Positions 21,503 through 32,349 of a stretch of 64,000 bases of DNA are shown here, in pieces. Each line of letters opens with the position of its first letter. Position 1 is the stretch's first letter. The notes under the pieces were generated by a model that was not told the DNA's origin, did not search any database, and saw nothing but the letters and a program-made list of their open reading frames with translations. The stretch comes from Salinispira sp. Its GTDB lineage: Bacteria; Spirochaetota; Spirochaetia; DSM-27196; Salinispiraceae. The position numbers and the translations under genes were made by a program. Location of the stretch: positions 97,298 to 161,297 of the forward strand of contig CBDDDG010000002.1 in the NCBI GenBank assembly GCA_965226555.1, written 5' to 3'.

Positions 21503-21620
21503 GCTTGGGCGAGCCGGATGCTTGGGCGAGCAGGCGTGCAACGCCGATCAACCCAGGAGGTGCAAGCCTCCGACCAGCCCGGCTGCATGGCGAGCAGCGC
21601 GGAAGCGCGACCAGCCCCCG
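21503..21620. repeat. GC-rich ~38-bp repeat cluster (REP/BIME-like)
   Basis: Variants of CCGGACGCATGGCGAGCAGGCGTGCAACGCCGACCAGC. Confidence 0.7.
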
Positions 21621-21679
21621 CGCCTGCCTGAGTTGAATTGCCGCTTCTCAATAGTTACTGCGGGCTATGGGTTATGAAA

Positions 21680-23220
21680 CTAATACCATGACGGAAAATT
21701 TGGTTGCACCCCATCAGTCATGGTATCCGTATCCACAGCAGCCAGGCCGGAACCCGTAAACATACCGTTTTTGGTTCCAGTGTATTTGCCATTGTCATTG
21801 AGCTTGTTGCCAGTTTCGGGCGTCCAATGTGCTTTCCACTCCTCAAGATCACCGGTAAATGCGCGTGCAAAATAGAACATAGAGCCCATAGTCGTTACCG
21901 AACTGACATCCCAACCGGAAATGTTGCCATTGAATGCGTTTGCGTTAGAGAACATAAAGCGCATATCCGTTACCGCGCTGACATTCCAACCCGAGATATT
22001 GCCATTGAATGCGCTTGCGCTATTGAACATATTGGACATATTCGTTACCGTGCTGACATCCCAACTGGAAATGTCGCCATTGAATGCAGTTTTATCCTTG
22101 AACATCTCGGACATGTCCGTTACTGCCGTGGTAACAATGTAGTTGAGATTGGCAGTATTGCCCCAAGTATCTATCCCTTCAGTTACCGCTGTTTTCAGTT
22201 CATCATTATCTTGAGGACTCAGGGTAACAGAGAACTTTTCGGTGGCAAACAGTTCGATTCCTCCGTCTGCGCCCGATACCTCATATGTTCCGGGGCTTGT
22301 ATGTGCGGTAACCATAATAATTCCGGTAGTTTCATCAACTGTCGGGAGGGCGACATCTGCGGGTGTCGTTGGGGTGGTGACCGCAGCCAAAGTAACGGTT
22401 GGATTATTCGCATTGATAATTGCGTCATCAATATCATCCGAAAGAATGACGGATACTGCCGTACCCGCGGGAACCTCTGTCGCAACAGTCGGCAGTATTG
22501 CTGTTGCGGGTTCAGACCATGAACCACCGTAAATGCCGTTGACCGCACGCACCTGCACATCGTAGCTGGCGCCGTTTGTCAGCCCCATAATGGTATCGGT
22601 GGTGGTATCGGCATCAGTTGTCCGCTGAGTAACAGCGGGAGCATCCGTCCAGAGATCAGAGGTCAGCTTATACTCCAGTTCATATCCGGTAATGTCGCTG
22701 CCTTCATTGTATGGAGCTGTCCATTTCACCGTCAGACGACCATTACCGAGTATAACCAGTATTGCAGGAGCGGCAGCAGTTATGACCAGTTCACCTGTTG
22801 CGGATTCAGACCAGGGGCCATTGCCAATGTCATTGACAGCACGTACCTGTACGCGGTAACTGATTTTTTTGTGTGTTAGTGGGGTTATGGTGTAGCTGGT
22901 GTGTGTTCCGATGTCGGAGATAATTTCCGTCCATGTGGTTCCGCCGTCTGAGCTATGGCGCAGATGATAGGCGGTAATTTCGCCATCGCCGCTTTTTTCC
23001 GGCGGAATCCAGCTAACCGTTAGTTGATCATTCCCCGCTACAAGGGTTGGAGCAGCCATGGTGCCCGGCGTCATTGGTTCCGGTTCCGTCATTGGATCGG
23101 GTTTTGGCGTTGGATCGGGGTCCATGTCCATCACTGGACATCCGGCAAGCAGCGCAATGAACATTGCGCATAATAGGAAGAGGGTTACCCCCCCTTTTTT
23201 TTCAATAACGTAGTTCGCAT
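21680..23220 (-). CDS. FN3 x2 + DUF285/BspA-repeat surface lipoprotein; signal peptide out of frame at an A8G7 tract
   Basis: GAGGT SD + ATG 23220; lipobox LLAGC; FN3 YxVxVRAVN; FNGDISxWDVS repeats. One extra base at 23188-23202 joins the start to the ORF. Confidence 0.8.
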
Positions 23221-23408
23221 AATTTTATACCTCTTTTTTATGCTATAATAGAAAGTTTTGCATTTTGCAAAATTTTTTAATAGTTTTCATCGGCATTTCC
23301 GACTGTTCCTGCGCCTATCGGTACAATATATCAGTTCGAAAAGCCGTATTATAAGTTATATCACATTGGGAAAGCACAATCAAGAAAAAAAGCAGTCCAC
23401 GGATTTTC

Positions 23409-23530
23409 CCGGACGCATGGCGAGCAGGCGTGCAACGCCGACCAGCCCGGACGCATGGCGAGCAGGCGTGCAACGCCGACCAGCCCGGACGCATGGGCGA
23501 GCAGGCGCGCAGCGCCGACCAGCCCCCCGC
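23409..23530. repeat. 38-bp GC-rich tandem repeat x3
   Basis: Units start at 23409, 23447 and 23485. Confidence 0.85.
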
Positions 23531-23587
23531 GCCTGCCTGAGTTGAATTGCCGCTTCTCAATAGTTACTGCGGGCTATAAAACTGCTC

Positions 23588-23833
23588 CTAATATGCTAAT
23601 GACCATGACGGCTTATTATTGTACACGCCGGAATTCCAAAACGTAAGGAGTTGGGCTCCGGTGTATTTGCCATCATCGAGCGTCAAATGATACTTCCATT
23701 CCTCAAGGTCTCTATTGAATGCTCTTGCGTTAAAGAACATATAGTTCATATTCGTTACCACGCTGACATCCCAACCGGAAATATCGCCATTGAATACGAT
23801 TGCTCCATAGAACATATAGAATATATATTGCAT
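23588..23833 (-). pseudogene. Orphan C-terminal cassette of the DUF285 lipoprotein family
   Basis: FNGDISGWDVS...DLEEW...GKYTG...PSW followed by the family's conserved 3' element; no signal peptide or FN3. Confidence 0.75.
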
Positions 23834-23897
23834 AATACCGCAGAAGGCAGGATGCGGCGCACGTATGGTTGAATTCGCCTACACACTTTATTTAAAA

Positions 23898-23926
23898 TTG
23901 ACATTTCCCCCTAAATGCGTTATCCT
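23898..23926 (+). promoter_or_regulatory. sigma70-type promoter of the 944-aa lipoprotein gene
   Basis: TTGACA-17 nt-TATCCT; TAAGGAG SD before ATG 24042. Confidence 0.7.
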
Positions 23927-24041
23927 GTATTACAGGGACTTTCTGAAACTGTTATACTACCCGTTGTTACACGATGGGTGGGAGCAGTCGGGAATTAAAT
24001 TACCTGAGAAAAAATACTATTTAAGCATAAGGAGTTAAATT

Positions 24042-26876
24042 ATGCATATTACATTACCTAAAGGGAACACCTTTTTCGTATTCTGCGCAATTTTTATTAT
24101 ATTGATTGCTGGATGTCCAACACCGGTAGATATTGCAACCCCGCCGGGTACCATGGTTGCTCCAACCCTCACAGCAGGGAACGGGCAATTAACGGTTGCA
24201 TGGACTGAGCCAACTGATGGCGGCAGCGCCATTACCGCGTATCACCTTCGCCATAGCGCGGACGGCGGTACCAACTGGTCGGACATTATTAATGTCGCCG
24301 CTTCAGCCACAAGCAGCATCATCCCTGAACTGAGCAACGGTACCCCGTACAGTGTACAGGTTCGTGCCGTAAACGCGCGGGGAGAAGGCAAATGGTCGGA
24401 ATCGAGCGCAGAAGCAGTTCCTGTTGCTGTTCCCATGGCGCCGACTGGTCTCGCTCTCACAGTGGGAAATGGAAAACTTACCGCAACATGGGCGGAATTA
24501 GAGCCGACCGACACTGGCGGCAGCCCTATCCTTCATTATGCAGTGGAACACCGCGAACCAGAAGCCGAGTGGCCGCAAACTCCCAGTGCATCCACCGCCG
24601 ATGCCGGCACCCTGACCCTCGACATCCCCAACCTGAAAAACGGCACCGAGTACGAAGTACGGGTATACGCTGTCAATGATCAGGGAGATGGAAACCGATC
24701 AGAAATTGCAGCGGCAACCCCTGCCACCGTTCCTGATAAGCCGAACGCTCCAACCCTCACAGCGAGAAATGAGCAACTTACCGCAACATGGACTGCGCCG
24801 GACAATGGCGGAAACGCTATTATTCGGTATGAAGTGCAGTATCGCACCTCCAGCCCGCAAGGACAGTGGACGACTTCTTCGTCTGCCGATTCTGATGTTA
24901 CTGATACAAGCCACACCGTCACAGGACTAACAAACGGTACCACGTACGAAGTACAGGTGCGCGCCGTGAATTCGGTGGCTGAGGATGCGGGAAATGGCCC
25001 GGGAGTTGGCGCATGGTCAACATCATCTGCCTCCGCAACCCCTGTTGACGTTCCCAAGGCGCCGACTGGTCTCGCTCTCACAGTGGGAAATGGGAAGCTT
25101 ACTGCATCATGGACTGCGCCGACCGACACTGGCGGCAGCGACATTACCGGGTATGCAGTGCAATATCGCACAGGCGGCGGAGCATGGTCTGCGCCAATTA
25201 GCGCTGGTACAAGCACAAACCACGAAATCCCCAACCTGAAAAACGGCACCGAGTACGAAGTACGGGTATACGCTGTCAATGATCAGGGAGATGGAAACCG
25301 ATCAGAAATTGCCGCGGCAACCCCTGCCACCGTTCCTGCTAAGCCGAACGCTCCAACCCTCACAGTAGGAGATAGGCAACTTACCGCAACATGGACTGCG
25401 CCGGACAATGGCGGAAACGCTATTATTCGGTATGAAGTGCAGTATCGCACCTCCAGCCCGCAAGGACAGTGGACGACTTCTTCGTCTGCCGATTCTGATG
25501 TTACTGATACAAGCCACACCGTCACAGGACTAACAAACGGTACCACGTACGAAGTACAGGTGCGCGCCGTGAATTCAGTGGCTGAGGATGCGGGAGTTGG
25601 CGCATGGTCAACATCTGCGACAGAAACCCCCGATGTTGCTCCCACTGCGCCGACCGCTCTCACGCTTGACGTAGGGAATAAGCGGCTTGTCGTTAACTGG
25701 GCTGCGCCGAGCGACAACGGAGGTACGCCCATTATCAGGTATGAACTGGAATATAAGCTGATCTCTGGCAGCTGGGATACTTCTAACGATGTTACTCAGC
25801 CTGTAATTGTCGCTGGTACCACCACACATACCATTGATATGCTGACGAACGGCAACACCTACAATGTACGGGTTCGTGCCGTCAACGGAGTCAATAATGT
25901 GATCAACGAGGGCGTCTGGTTAACGTCAACAGCAATGCTGCCGGCTTCGGTTGTTGATGCGAAAGCGGGAAGTTCTCGGGATGAGGCAGACGTTTCCCAG
26001 GGTACGGCAGCGTCCGTTATCCTTTCGGCTAATATTGATGTCCTTATTGCCGATGCTGTGAATCCAACCATTACCTTAACTCCGGTAACCACCCCAATCC
26101 CATATGTGCCACCTACGCCCGGCGTGCCCAACTCGGGCTCGACGAATAATGTAACGCAAGATGCCACCCTGCCGACGGTTAATGCGCGTACCGGACTTAT
26201 TACGGTTACCGCAAGTACAACGGCAGGAACCTATACAGTATCTGGTGAAGACGGAAGCGGAGCCGAGGTGTTTCCCACCAAGTATTTCTATGTTATCGTG
26301 AGTCCCTCAACTAAAGCTGCCCTTGACACAGCGGTACGTACGGGAATAGAAATCTGGGGCAATGCTGCCGATCTCAACTACATTATTACCACGGGAGTAA
26401 CGGATATTCATTCGATTTTCAATCGCGGAACCAAAACAACGGGGGGTGGAGTTGCCACAACGGCATTCAATGGCGATATCTCCAAATGGGATACTACATC
26501 GGTTACGAATATGTCCTATTTGTTCAAGGCCGCAATCGCATTCAATGGCGATATCTCGGGCTGGGATGTCAGTTCGGTAGAGAATATGGACAGTATGTTC
26601 AATGGTGCAAACGCATTCAATGGCGATATCTCTGGGTGGGATGTCAGTTCGGTTGCGAATATGAGCAATATGTTCAATTCTGCACTCTCATTTAAGGGTA
26701 ATCTTAACGACTGGGCCTATAATAACTCGGTTGACCCTGCAGTTACATGGAAGACTACTGATGGTGGTGGTAAATGGGATAATGGCACATATACCGGAAC
26801 CAAAACAGGTATGTTTACGTTTACTGGTACTAGTACCGCCGTACCGGGAACCTTTACGATTCCGACATGGTATTAG
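24042..26876 (+). CDS. Multi-FN3 + DUF285/BspA-repeat surface lipoprotein
   Basis: Lipobox LIAGC; six FN3-like repeats with YxVxV(R/Y)AVN; FNGDISGWDVS repeats; ends in PTWY. Confidence 0.85.
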   Translation: MHITLPKGNTFFVFCAIFIILIAGCPTPVDIATPPGTMVAPTLTAGNGQLTVAWTEPTDGGSAITAYHLRHSADGGTNWSDIINVAASATSSIIPELSNGTPYSVQVRAVNARGEGKWSESSAEAVPVAVPMAPTGLALTVGNGKLTATWAELEPTDTGGSPILHYAVEHREPEAEWPQTPSASTADAGTLTLDIPNLKNGTEYEVRVYAVNDQGDGNRSEIAAATPATVPDKPNAPTLTARNEQLTATWTAPDNGGNAIIRYEVQYRTSSPQGQWTTSSSADSDVTDTSHTVTGLTNGTTYEVQVRAVNSVAEDAGNGPGVGAWSTSSASATPVDVPKAPTGLALTVGNGKLTASWTAPTDTGGSDITGYAVQYRTGGGAWSAPISAGTSTNHEIPNLKNGTEYEVRVYAVNDQGDGNRSEIAAATPATVPAKPNAPTLTVGDRQLTATWTAPDNGGNAIIRYEVQYRTSSPQGQWTTSSSADSDVTDTSHTVTGLTNGTTYEVQVRAVNSVAEDAGVGAWSTSATETPDVAPTAPTALTLDVGNKRLVVNWAAPSDNGGTPIIRYELEYKLISGSWDTSNDVTQPVIVAGTTTHTIDMLTNGNTYNVRVRAVNGVNNVINEGVWLTSTAMLPASVVDAKAGSSRDEADVSQGTAASVILSANIDVLIADAVNPTITLTPVTTPIPYVPPTPGVPNSGSTNNVTQDATLPTVNARTGLITVTASTTAGTYTVSGEDGSGAEVFPTKYFYVIVSPSTKAALDTAVRTGIEIWGNAADLNYIITTGVTDIHSIFNRGTKTTGGGVATTAFNGDISKWDTTSVTNMSYLFKAAIAFNGDISGWDVSSVENMDSMFNGANAFNGDISGWDVSSVANMSNMFNSALSFKGNLNDWAYNNSVDPAVTWKTTDGGGKWDNGTYTGTKTGMFTFTGTSTAVPGTFTIPTWY
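24625..25595 (+). repeat. Near-identical intragenic duplication (~370 bp, offset 603 bp)
   Basis: ATCCCCAACCTGAAAAACGGCACC...GAGGATGCGGGA at ~24625 and ~25228. Confidence 0.85.
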
Positions 26877-26959
26877 TAGTTTCATAACCTAACCCGCAGG
26901 GCCATCAAAGCCCTGCGATTTTTAGCTCCGGCGGGCGGGCTGGTCGGAGGCTTGTGCCT

Positions 26960-27065
26960 CCTGGGCTGGTCGGCGTTGCACGCCTGCTCGCCCGGGCATC
27001 CGGTTCGCCCATGCGTCTGTTGCTGAGACGGTGAGCTGATACGGTGTTGCTCGCCCATGCGTCTG
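26960..27065. repeat. GC-rich repeat cluster (reverse orientation)
   Basis: GGGCTGGTCGGCGTTGCACGCCTGCTCGCC. Confidence 0.7.
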
Positions 27066-27484
27066 GAACAGATTAAATTAAACAGGAGTTGCAGCGCGAC
27101 CCGCGTTGTAGCTCCTGTCTGCATAAACTCTCGCGCCAGATCCTGAACTGCCTGTTCATCATGCTCGGATGTTTCCGGGAACATACCCTTCTAAAAAAAT
27201 AATTACAAAATTTCTCATTGTATCATTCACCATTCATATTTGACCTGTCTATATGGTATGGGGAAAAATTATATGAAAAAATCATCCCACAGCAAAGGCC
27301 ATATCCACGACATAGCCTTCAAGATCGCCTACTACAGAACCCCCCGTATGATTCTCGACCTGCTACGGCTGTTCTGTGAGGATACAACGCTTGCCAAGCT
27401 GGATCTGGACAAAAAGCAGTTGATATGGCGTTCCGATGAAAAACGATATACATCAACTGCGTTGTGGTATATAATGCGAGACAA

Positions 27485-27587
27485 TAACAAAGTTTTTCCT
27501 AAAGGAAAAACTTTCTATACCGTGAGAGAATCAAGAGTATAGATGAGAGAATCCTCATTTGAAAATTGTGCAGAGCACAATTTTCAG
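27485..27587 (+). mobile_element. 103-nt multi-hairpin insert in Rpn copy B
   Basis: Absent from copy C at RDN|EM; same insert at the same site in copy D. Confidence 0.88.
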
Positions 27588-27748
27588 TGAAATGGATGCT
27601 GAGGGGCTGAAAGAGATTGCGCAGCTCCTGAACGGTTTGTCTTCACAAGACTTTACTGATCTAGCAGAGAGTGTGCTAGGATATATCAAAGATATAGATC
27701 CAAAACTGTATGAACAGTTTGAGAAAATTGACAGGGAACTGTTCCCTA

Positions 27749-27878
27749 GACAAAGTTTTGCCACAGGCAAAACTTTCTACAAAATGAGAGAATGCCAAGC
27801 GCAACGAGGCATGCCAAATGTGAAACTTTTGCTACTGGAAATTGTGCTCTGCACAATTTTCCAATGCAAAAGTTTCAG
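27749..27878 (+). mobile_element. ~130-nt multi-hairpin insert in Rpn copy B, ending just before the internal SD
   Basis: Absent from copies C and D at LFP|EGENSM; shares terminal hairpins with the 103-nt inserts. Confidence 0.82.
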
Positions 27879-28349
27879 TAGGAGAAAACAGTATGCGGAC
27901 ATATAATATTACCAACGCCTTCGTCAGGGAAGGGATTGCGAAGGGCCGGATTGAGGGTCTTGAGCAGGGAATGGAGAAAGGAATGGAGAAAGGAATGGAG
28001 AAAGGAATGGAGAAAGGAATGGAGAGAGGCATTCGAGAAACGGCTCGCAGTATGTTTTCCAAAGGATTTTCAGCCCATGACATTCAGGATGTTACCGGGC
28101 TGAGCGATGAGGAAATGCGGACAGTGCGGAACGGATCGCATTAATTGGCGCCGAACGGCCTATTCGCCAACTGTGGCAGGTAATTGATGTTCTCAGGTAT
28201 GCGCCGTACACGCCACGGTCAGCATAAGGATATTGAAGCACGGTTAAAATCTGGAGTATAGTAGCGGAATACTATTACCAAAGTTTTGCAAAATGCAAAA
28301 GTTTCTATTACTATAGTCGATTATCCTTTTATCATTTGAAGAAGGCGCC

Positions 28350-30950
28350 GTGAAAAAATATCCGTTCAGAGACATTGAAGCAAAATGGCAGAAATACTGG
28401 GAAGAACACGAGACATTCCGCGTTACTGAAGACAGTTCCTTCCCGCCGGAAAAAAGGAAATATATACTCGATATGTTTCCCTATCCATCCGGTTCCGGTC
28501 TGCATGTCGGACACCCTGAAGGATACACCGCAACCGATATTTACTCCCGATATCTCCGCATGAACGGAAACAATGTGCTCCACCCCATGGGCTTCGACAG
28601 TTTCGGTCTTCCCGCAGAAACCTACGCCATTGAGACCGGCACCCATCCCCGAAAAACCACCGAGGTCAACATTGCCACCTTCCGGCGCCAGCTGAAACAG
28701 CTTGGCTTCAGTTACGACTGGAGCCGTGAAATTTCGACCCATGAGTCGGAATATTACCGATGGACACAGTGGATATTCCTCACACTCTGGGAGAAGGATT
28801 TGGCATATATCGCAGAAGTACCCGTCTGGTATTGTGAAAAACTGGGGACGGTGCTTGCCAATGAAGAGGTTATTACAACACCTGAGGGTCCGCGTTCAGA
28901 AAGAGGGCTTCATCCTGTTGAGCGAAAGCCTCTTCGGCAATGGATGCTGCGGATAACGCACTATGCTGAGCGTCTTCTCACGGATCTTGATAATCTTGAT
29001 TGGCCTGAATCGCTGAAAACCATGCAGCGTAACTGGATTGGCAGATCTGAGGGGGCAAATGTCCGCTTCGATATTGACGGACTTTCTGAATCGATTGAAA
29101 CATTCACCACCCGGCCGGATACCCTCTTCGGGGCAACCTACATGGTACTCGCTCCCGAGCATCAGTTTGTGCACAGCATCACCACCAATGAACAACGCAA
29201 AGCCGTTGAAGAATATATTCAGAAAACCGCGCTGAAAAGCGACCTTGAACGTACCGATCTTGCCAGAGAAAAATCCGGCGTCTTCACCGGCGCGTATGCC
29301 ATTAATCCGGTGAACAGGGAACGCATTCCCATTTGGATATCGGACTACATTCTCATCAGCTACGGAACAGGGGCTATTATGGCCGTACCGGGGCATGATG
29401 AACGCGACTGGGAATTTGCGAAGCGTTTTCACCTGCCTGTTGCGCGGGTTGTGGTTCCCGAATCCGAATTGCCTGCCGACTCTGCCGACCCTCACATGGA
29501 CAGGGTATTTACCGGTAAGGGAATTTCCGTAAATTCCGGAATCATTACCGGACTGCCGACAGATGAGGCAAAAGAGCGCATTATTGAATGGCTGGAAAAG
29601 CGGGGACGGGGCACCCGCACTATCAACTACAAACTTCGCGACTGGATTTTCAGCCGCCAACGCTACTGGGGAGAACCTATTCCCTTAGTCAGGGGGGAAG
29701 ACGGTAAGTATACTGCCATGCCGGCCGATGAACTCCCCCTTACCCTGCCTGAAGTAGATTCCTATAAACCAGCCGGCACCGGTGAAAGCCCCTTGGCAAA
29801 CCTGCGCAACTGGGTTGAAAGCGAAATCCCCGGACAGCCCGGCACCCGCGGCCGCCGGGAAACCAGTACTATGCCGCAGTGGGCAGGCAGCTGCTGGTAC
29901 TATCTCCGCTATATCGATCCGCATAACAGGCATGAACTCGCCGCTCAGGACAAAATTGCGTACTGGATGCCTGTCGACCTCTATGTCGGCGGAACCGAAC
30001 ACGCCGTGCTCCACCTTCTCTATGCCCGGTTCTGGCATAAGGTACTCTACGATGCAGGGGTCGTGAACACCATTGAACCCTTCCAGCGGCTTGTGAACCA
30101 GGGCATGATCACTTCGCATGCCTATCAGCGCCCCGACTCCACGCTTGTTCCCAGTGATGAGGTAGAAGAATATGAGCAGGGTAAATTTCGGGAAAAGAGC
30201 AATGCCGCAGAATTGAAGCAGGTTGTCGCAAAAATGTCCAAAAGTCTCAAAAATGTTATTAACCCCGATGACATCATTACGGACTACGGCGCCGATTCCA
30301 TGCGGCTCTATGAGATGTTTATGGGACCTCTTGAGCAGTCGAAGCCCTGGTCAACTCAGGGACTCATTGGCGTTCACCGCTTTCTCGACAGGGTCTGGCA
30401 CACGGCGCACAAGCCCATGACCGCCGCCCCGACGGACGCCGCTGTCCCGCCAGACGCCGCGCCATCCCCGCCTGCCGCATCTCCGCTCCTCAAGACACTG
30501 CACAAAACCATCAAAAAAATCAGTAAAGATACTGCCGAACTTCATTTCAACACCGCCATCAGCCAGATGATGATATTCATTAACGAGGCACACCGATTGG
30601 AAACCCTCGATACTGAAATATGGAAAACATTCCTCCTCCTTCTTGCTCCTTATGCTCCCCACCTTGCCGAAGAACTCTGGGAAATGGCAGGCGGGCATGA
30701 GAGTATCGCTCTTCAGACATGGCCGGAATATGATGCCTCACTCATTCAGGAAGACAGCATCACGATCGTTTTTCAGGTCAACGGTAAACTCAGAGCGCGG
30801 CAGGAAGTCGCACGCGGAACTTCCCGGGAAGAACTGGAGCGCATAGCCCTCGGAAACGAACGGATACAGGCGCAGCTCGGCGGCAAAACCCCGCGCAAAA
30901 TCATCGTTGTTCCCGACAAACTCGTGAACATCGTCTGCCCTGCGGACTAG
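28350..30950 (+). CDS. leuS: Leucyl-tRNA synthetase
   Basis: [48 protein letters not shown]. Confidence 0.98.
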   Translation: MKKYPFRDIEAKWQKYWEEHETFRVTEDSSFPPEKRKYILDMFPYPSGSGLHVGHPEGYTATDIYSRYLRMNGNNVLHPMGFDSFGLPAETYAIETGTHPRKTTEVNIATFRRQLKQLGFSYDWSREISTHESEYYRWTQWIFLTLWEKDLAYIAEVPVWYCEKLGTVLANEEVITTPEGPRSERGLHPVERKPLRQWMLRITHYAERLLTDLDNLDWPESLKTMQRNWIGRSEGANVRFDIDGLSESIETFTTRPDTLFGATYMVLAPEHQFVHSITTNEQRKAVEEYIQKTALKSDLERTDLAREKSGVFTGAYAINPVNRERIPIWISDYILISYGTGAIMAVPGHDERDWEFAKRFHLPVARVVVPESELPADSADPHMDRVFTGKGISVNSGIITGLPTDEAKERIIEWLEKRGRGTRTINYKLRDWIFSRQRYWGEPIPLVRGEDGKYTAMPADELPLTLPEVDSYKPAGTGESPLANLRNWVESEIPGQPGTRGRRETSTMPQWAGSCWYYLRYIDPHNRHELAAQDKIAYWMPVDLYVGGTEHAVLHLLYARFWHKVLYDAGVVNTIEPFQRLVNQGMITSHAYQRPDSTLVPSDEVEEYEQGKFREKSNAAELKQVVAKMSKSLKNVINPDDIITDYGADSMRLYEMFMGPLEQSKPWSTQGLIGVHRFLDRVWHTAHKPMTAAPTDAAVPPDAAPSPPAASPLLKTLHKTIKKISKDTAELHFNTAISQMMIFINEAHRLETLDTEIWKTFLLLLAPYAPHLAEELWEMAGGHESIALQTWPEYDASLIQEDSITIVFQVNGKLRARQEVARGTSREELERIALGNERIQAQLGGKTPRKIIVVPDKLVNIVCPAD

Positions 30951-31062
30951 GCCGGGCGCCCCGCCAGCTTGCGCCTGCCCGCGCGCACCGCCTGTTGCGC
31001 CCCGCGCGCTGCCCTCGGCAAGCGGCGGCGCGGGGGTTGTGCGGGCTCTACCGGTTCCGCGC

Positions 31063-31695
31063 TTAGTCCCGGGGCTCCCTGTCCGCAACAATAAGCTGCC
31101 TGTCCTCTGTGAAATAGAGTACGCGCACCCTCCGATTATTCAAACCGATGTAGCGCCGCCGTTCACCCGGGTAGACCTTCAGGCGAACTATCCCGCTGTA
31201 TATTTTTTCATCCAGCGGATCAACACTTATCCATGAATCACCGCTGAAATCGACAAGATGAATTTCAGGCTTGGGCAGATAGGAACGGAGAATATCCAGA
31301 TCCCCCGATAACAAAGCATTTTCAAGCCACATGACCGTAATGAGCCACCGTTCTTCCAGTTTTTCAAGCGTGCTGATGATTTTTTCACAGTTCAGATCAC
31401 GGGGAAGCTCGCCGTCGGGGTAGAGCCTGATAAGTAAGGAAACCCCCGGCCCATTGCGGGCATCGACCCTCCCCGACCACAGGCTGTAGCCCAGTGGCAG
31501 CAACTCTTCCCCCCGCCAACGAACACGGTAGAGAGCAAGTGGACCGGATACCTCGGACTCGCTAACGGCAAGCTCGCTGCCCAAGCGCAGGAAGTGCGGC
31601 GGAATAACGATATGTTCCGGCTCCACCGGCGCGCAGGCAGCCATGAGCGCCAGCAGCATAATGATGATCGGCAGCATTCTGACAGAATGCCGCAT
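31063..31695 (-). CDS. Hypothetical lipoprotein
   Basis: MRHSVRMLPIIIMLLALMAAC lipoprotein signal; start uncertain. Confidence 0.55.
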   Translation of the reverse strand: MRHSVRMLPIIIMLLALMAACAPVEPEHIVIPPHFLRLGSELAVSESEVSGPLALYRVRWRGEELLPLGYSLWSGRVDARNGPGVSLLIRLYPDGELPRDLNCEKIISTLEKLEERWLITVMWLENALLSGDLDILRSYLPKPEIHLVDFSGDSWISVDPLDEKIYSGIVRLKVYPGERRRYIGLNNRRVRVLYFTEDRQLIVADREPRD

Positions 31696-32053
31696 TATAA
31701 TCAGCCGCAGCGCCGCGGCAATAGACAACGCGCGCATCATCAGCTTGCCCGGCAAAGACAGCAGGGACGACATCAGAGCGACACATGTGCGCGCAGAAAA
31801 ATTGACAGAAAAAATAACAGAAAGAAAGAAGTGGTTCATACCATGTAAACCGACGTAATTTCATTGACGATTGATGATGCCGCGATTCACTTGATCATCA
31901 TCGGGCACTACTTAGCCACTGAGGCATGGAAGTAGTCATCGGGGCCGAAAACAACGGGGGTATGCGGTCTTCTTCATTGGGAAGGTAAACAAAGGCTGAG
32001 GGACATGCCGCAAGTATGAGCATAAAAAGAACGGTACTGATAATGCGTGTTTT

Positions 32054-32131
32054 TTTCAATAAGGATTCTCTTATCTATATTCTTGATTCTCTCAAGATAT
32101 AGAAAGTTTTGCCTCAGGCAAAACTTTGGTG
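32054..32131. repeat. Partial copy of the 103-nt hairpin element (intergenic)
   Basis: AAGGATTCTCTTATCTATATTCTTGATTCTCTCAAGATATAGAAAGTTTTGCC-TCA-GGCAAAACTTT. Confidence 0.8.
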
Positions 32132-32349
32132 ATATACATTATCGCTGAAATAACTCCGCCCGCGGAGATCAGTTCATCGTTGCTGAAATTCTCAATGTTG
32201 ATCTGAAAATAGGGGGATATACAAATGCCTAAGTAAAGATATGATGAAAAATCTATTTTGCGGGGGTCAGAATTGATCATTGGTGCTCCAGAGCAGGTGT
32301 AGATCACAAGGGTGATTATCCGCTCTGCGCGCAGGCCGAGCAGCGATAA

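Larger units (their letters stand above)
27273..28144 (+). pseudogene. Rpn/YhgA nuclease (copy B): 123-codon catalytic deletion plus two hairpin inserts; nested C-terminal ORF 27893-28144 intact
   Basis: Direct comparison with intact copy C (32350-33411). Confidence 0.88.

Noticed and set aside
21227..21541. N-terminal extension of the 479-aa Rpn ORF (similar extensions at 33412-33552, 16859-16918, 60600-60683)
   Set aside because: Strong SD-ATG starts lie downstream; the extensions run through promoter or repeat DNA.
23409..23530. 38-bp repeats as a CRISPR array
   Set aside because: Contiguous degenerate units without spacers.
23588..23833. DGR template repeat for the lipoprotein C-termini
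   Set aside because: Differences from paralogues affect all four bases and include indels; no reverse transcriptase in the window.
26882..27184. 100-aa minus-strand ORF
   Set aside because: Largely translates GC-rich repeat DNA; no family signal.
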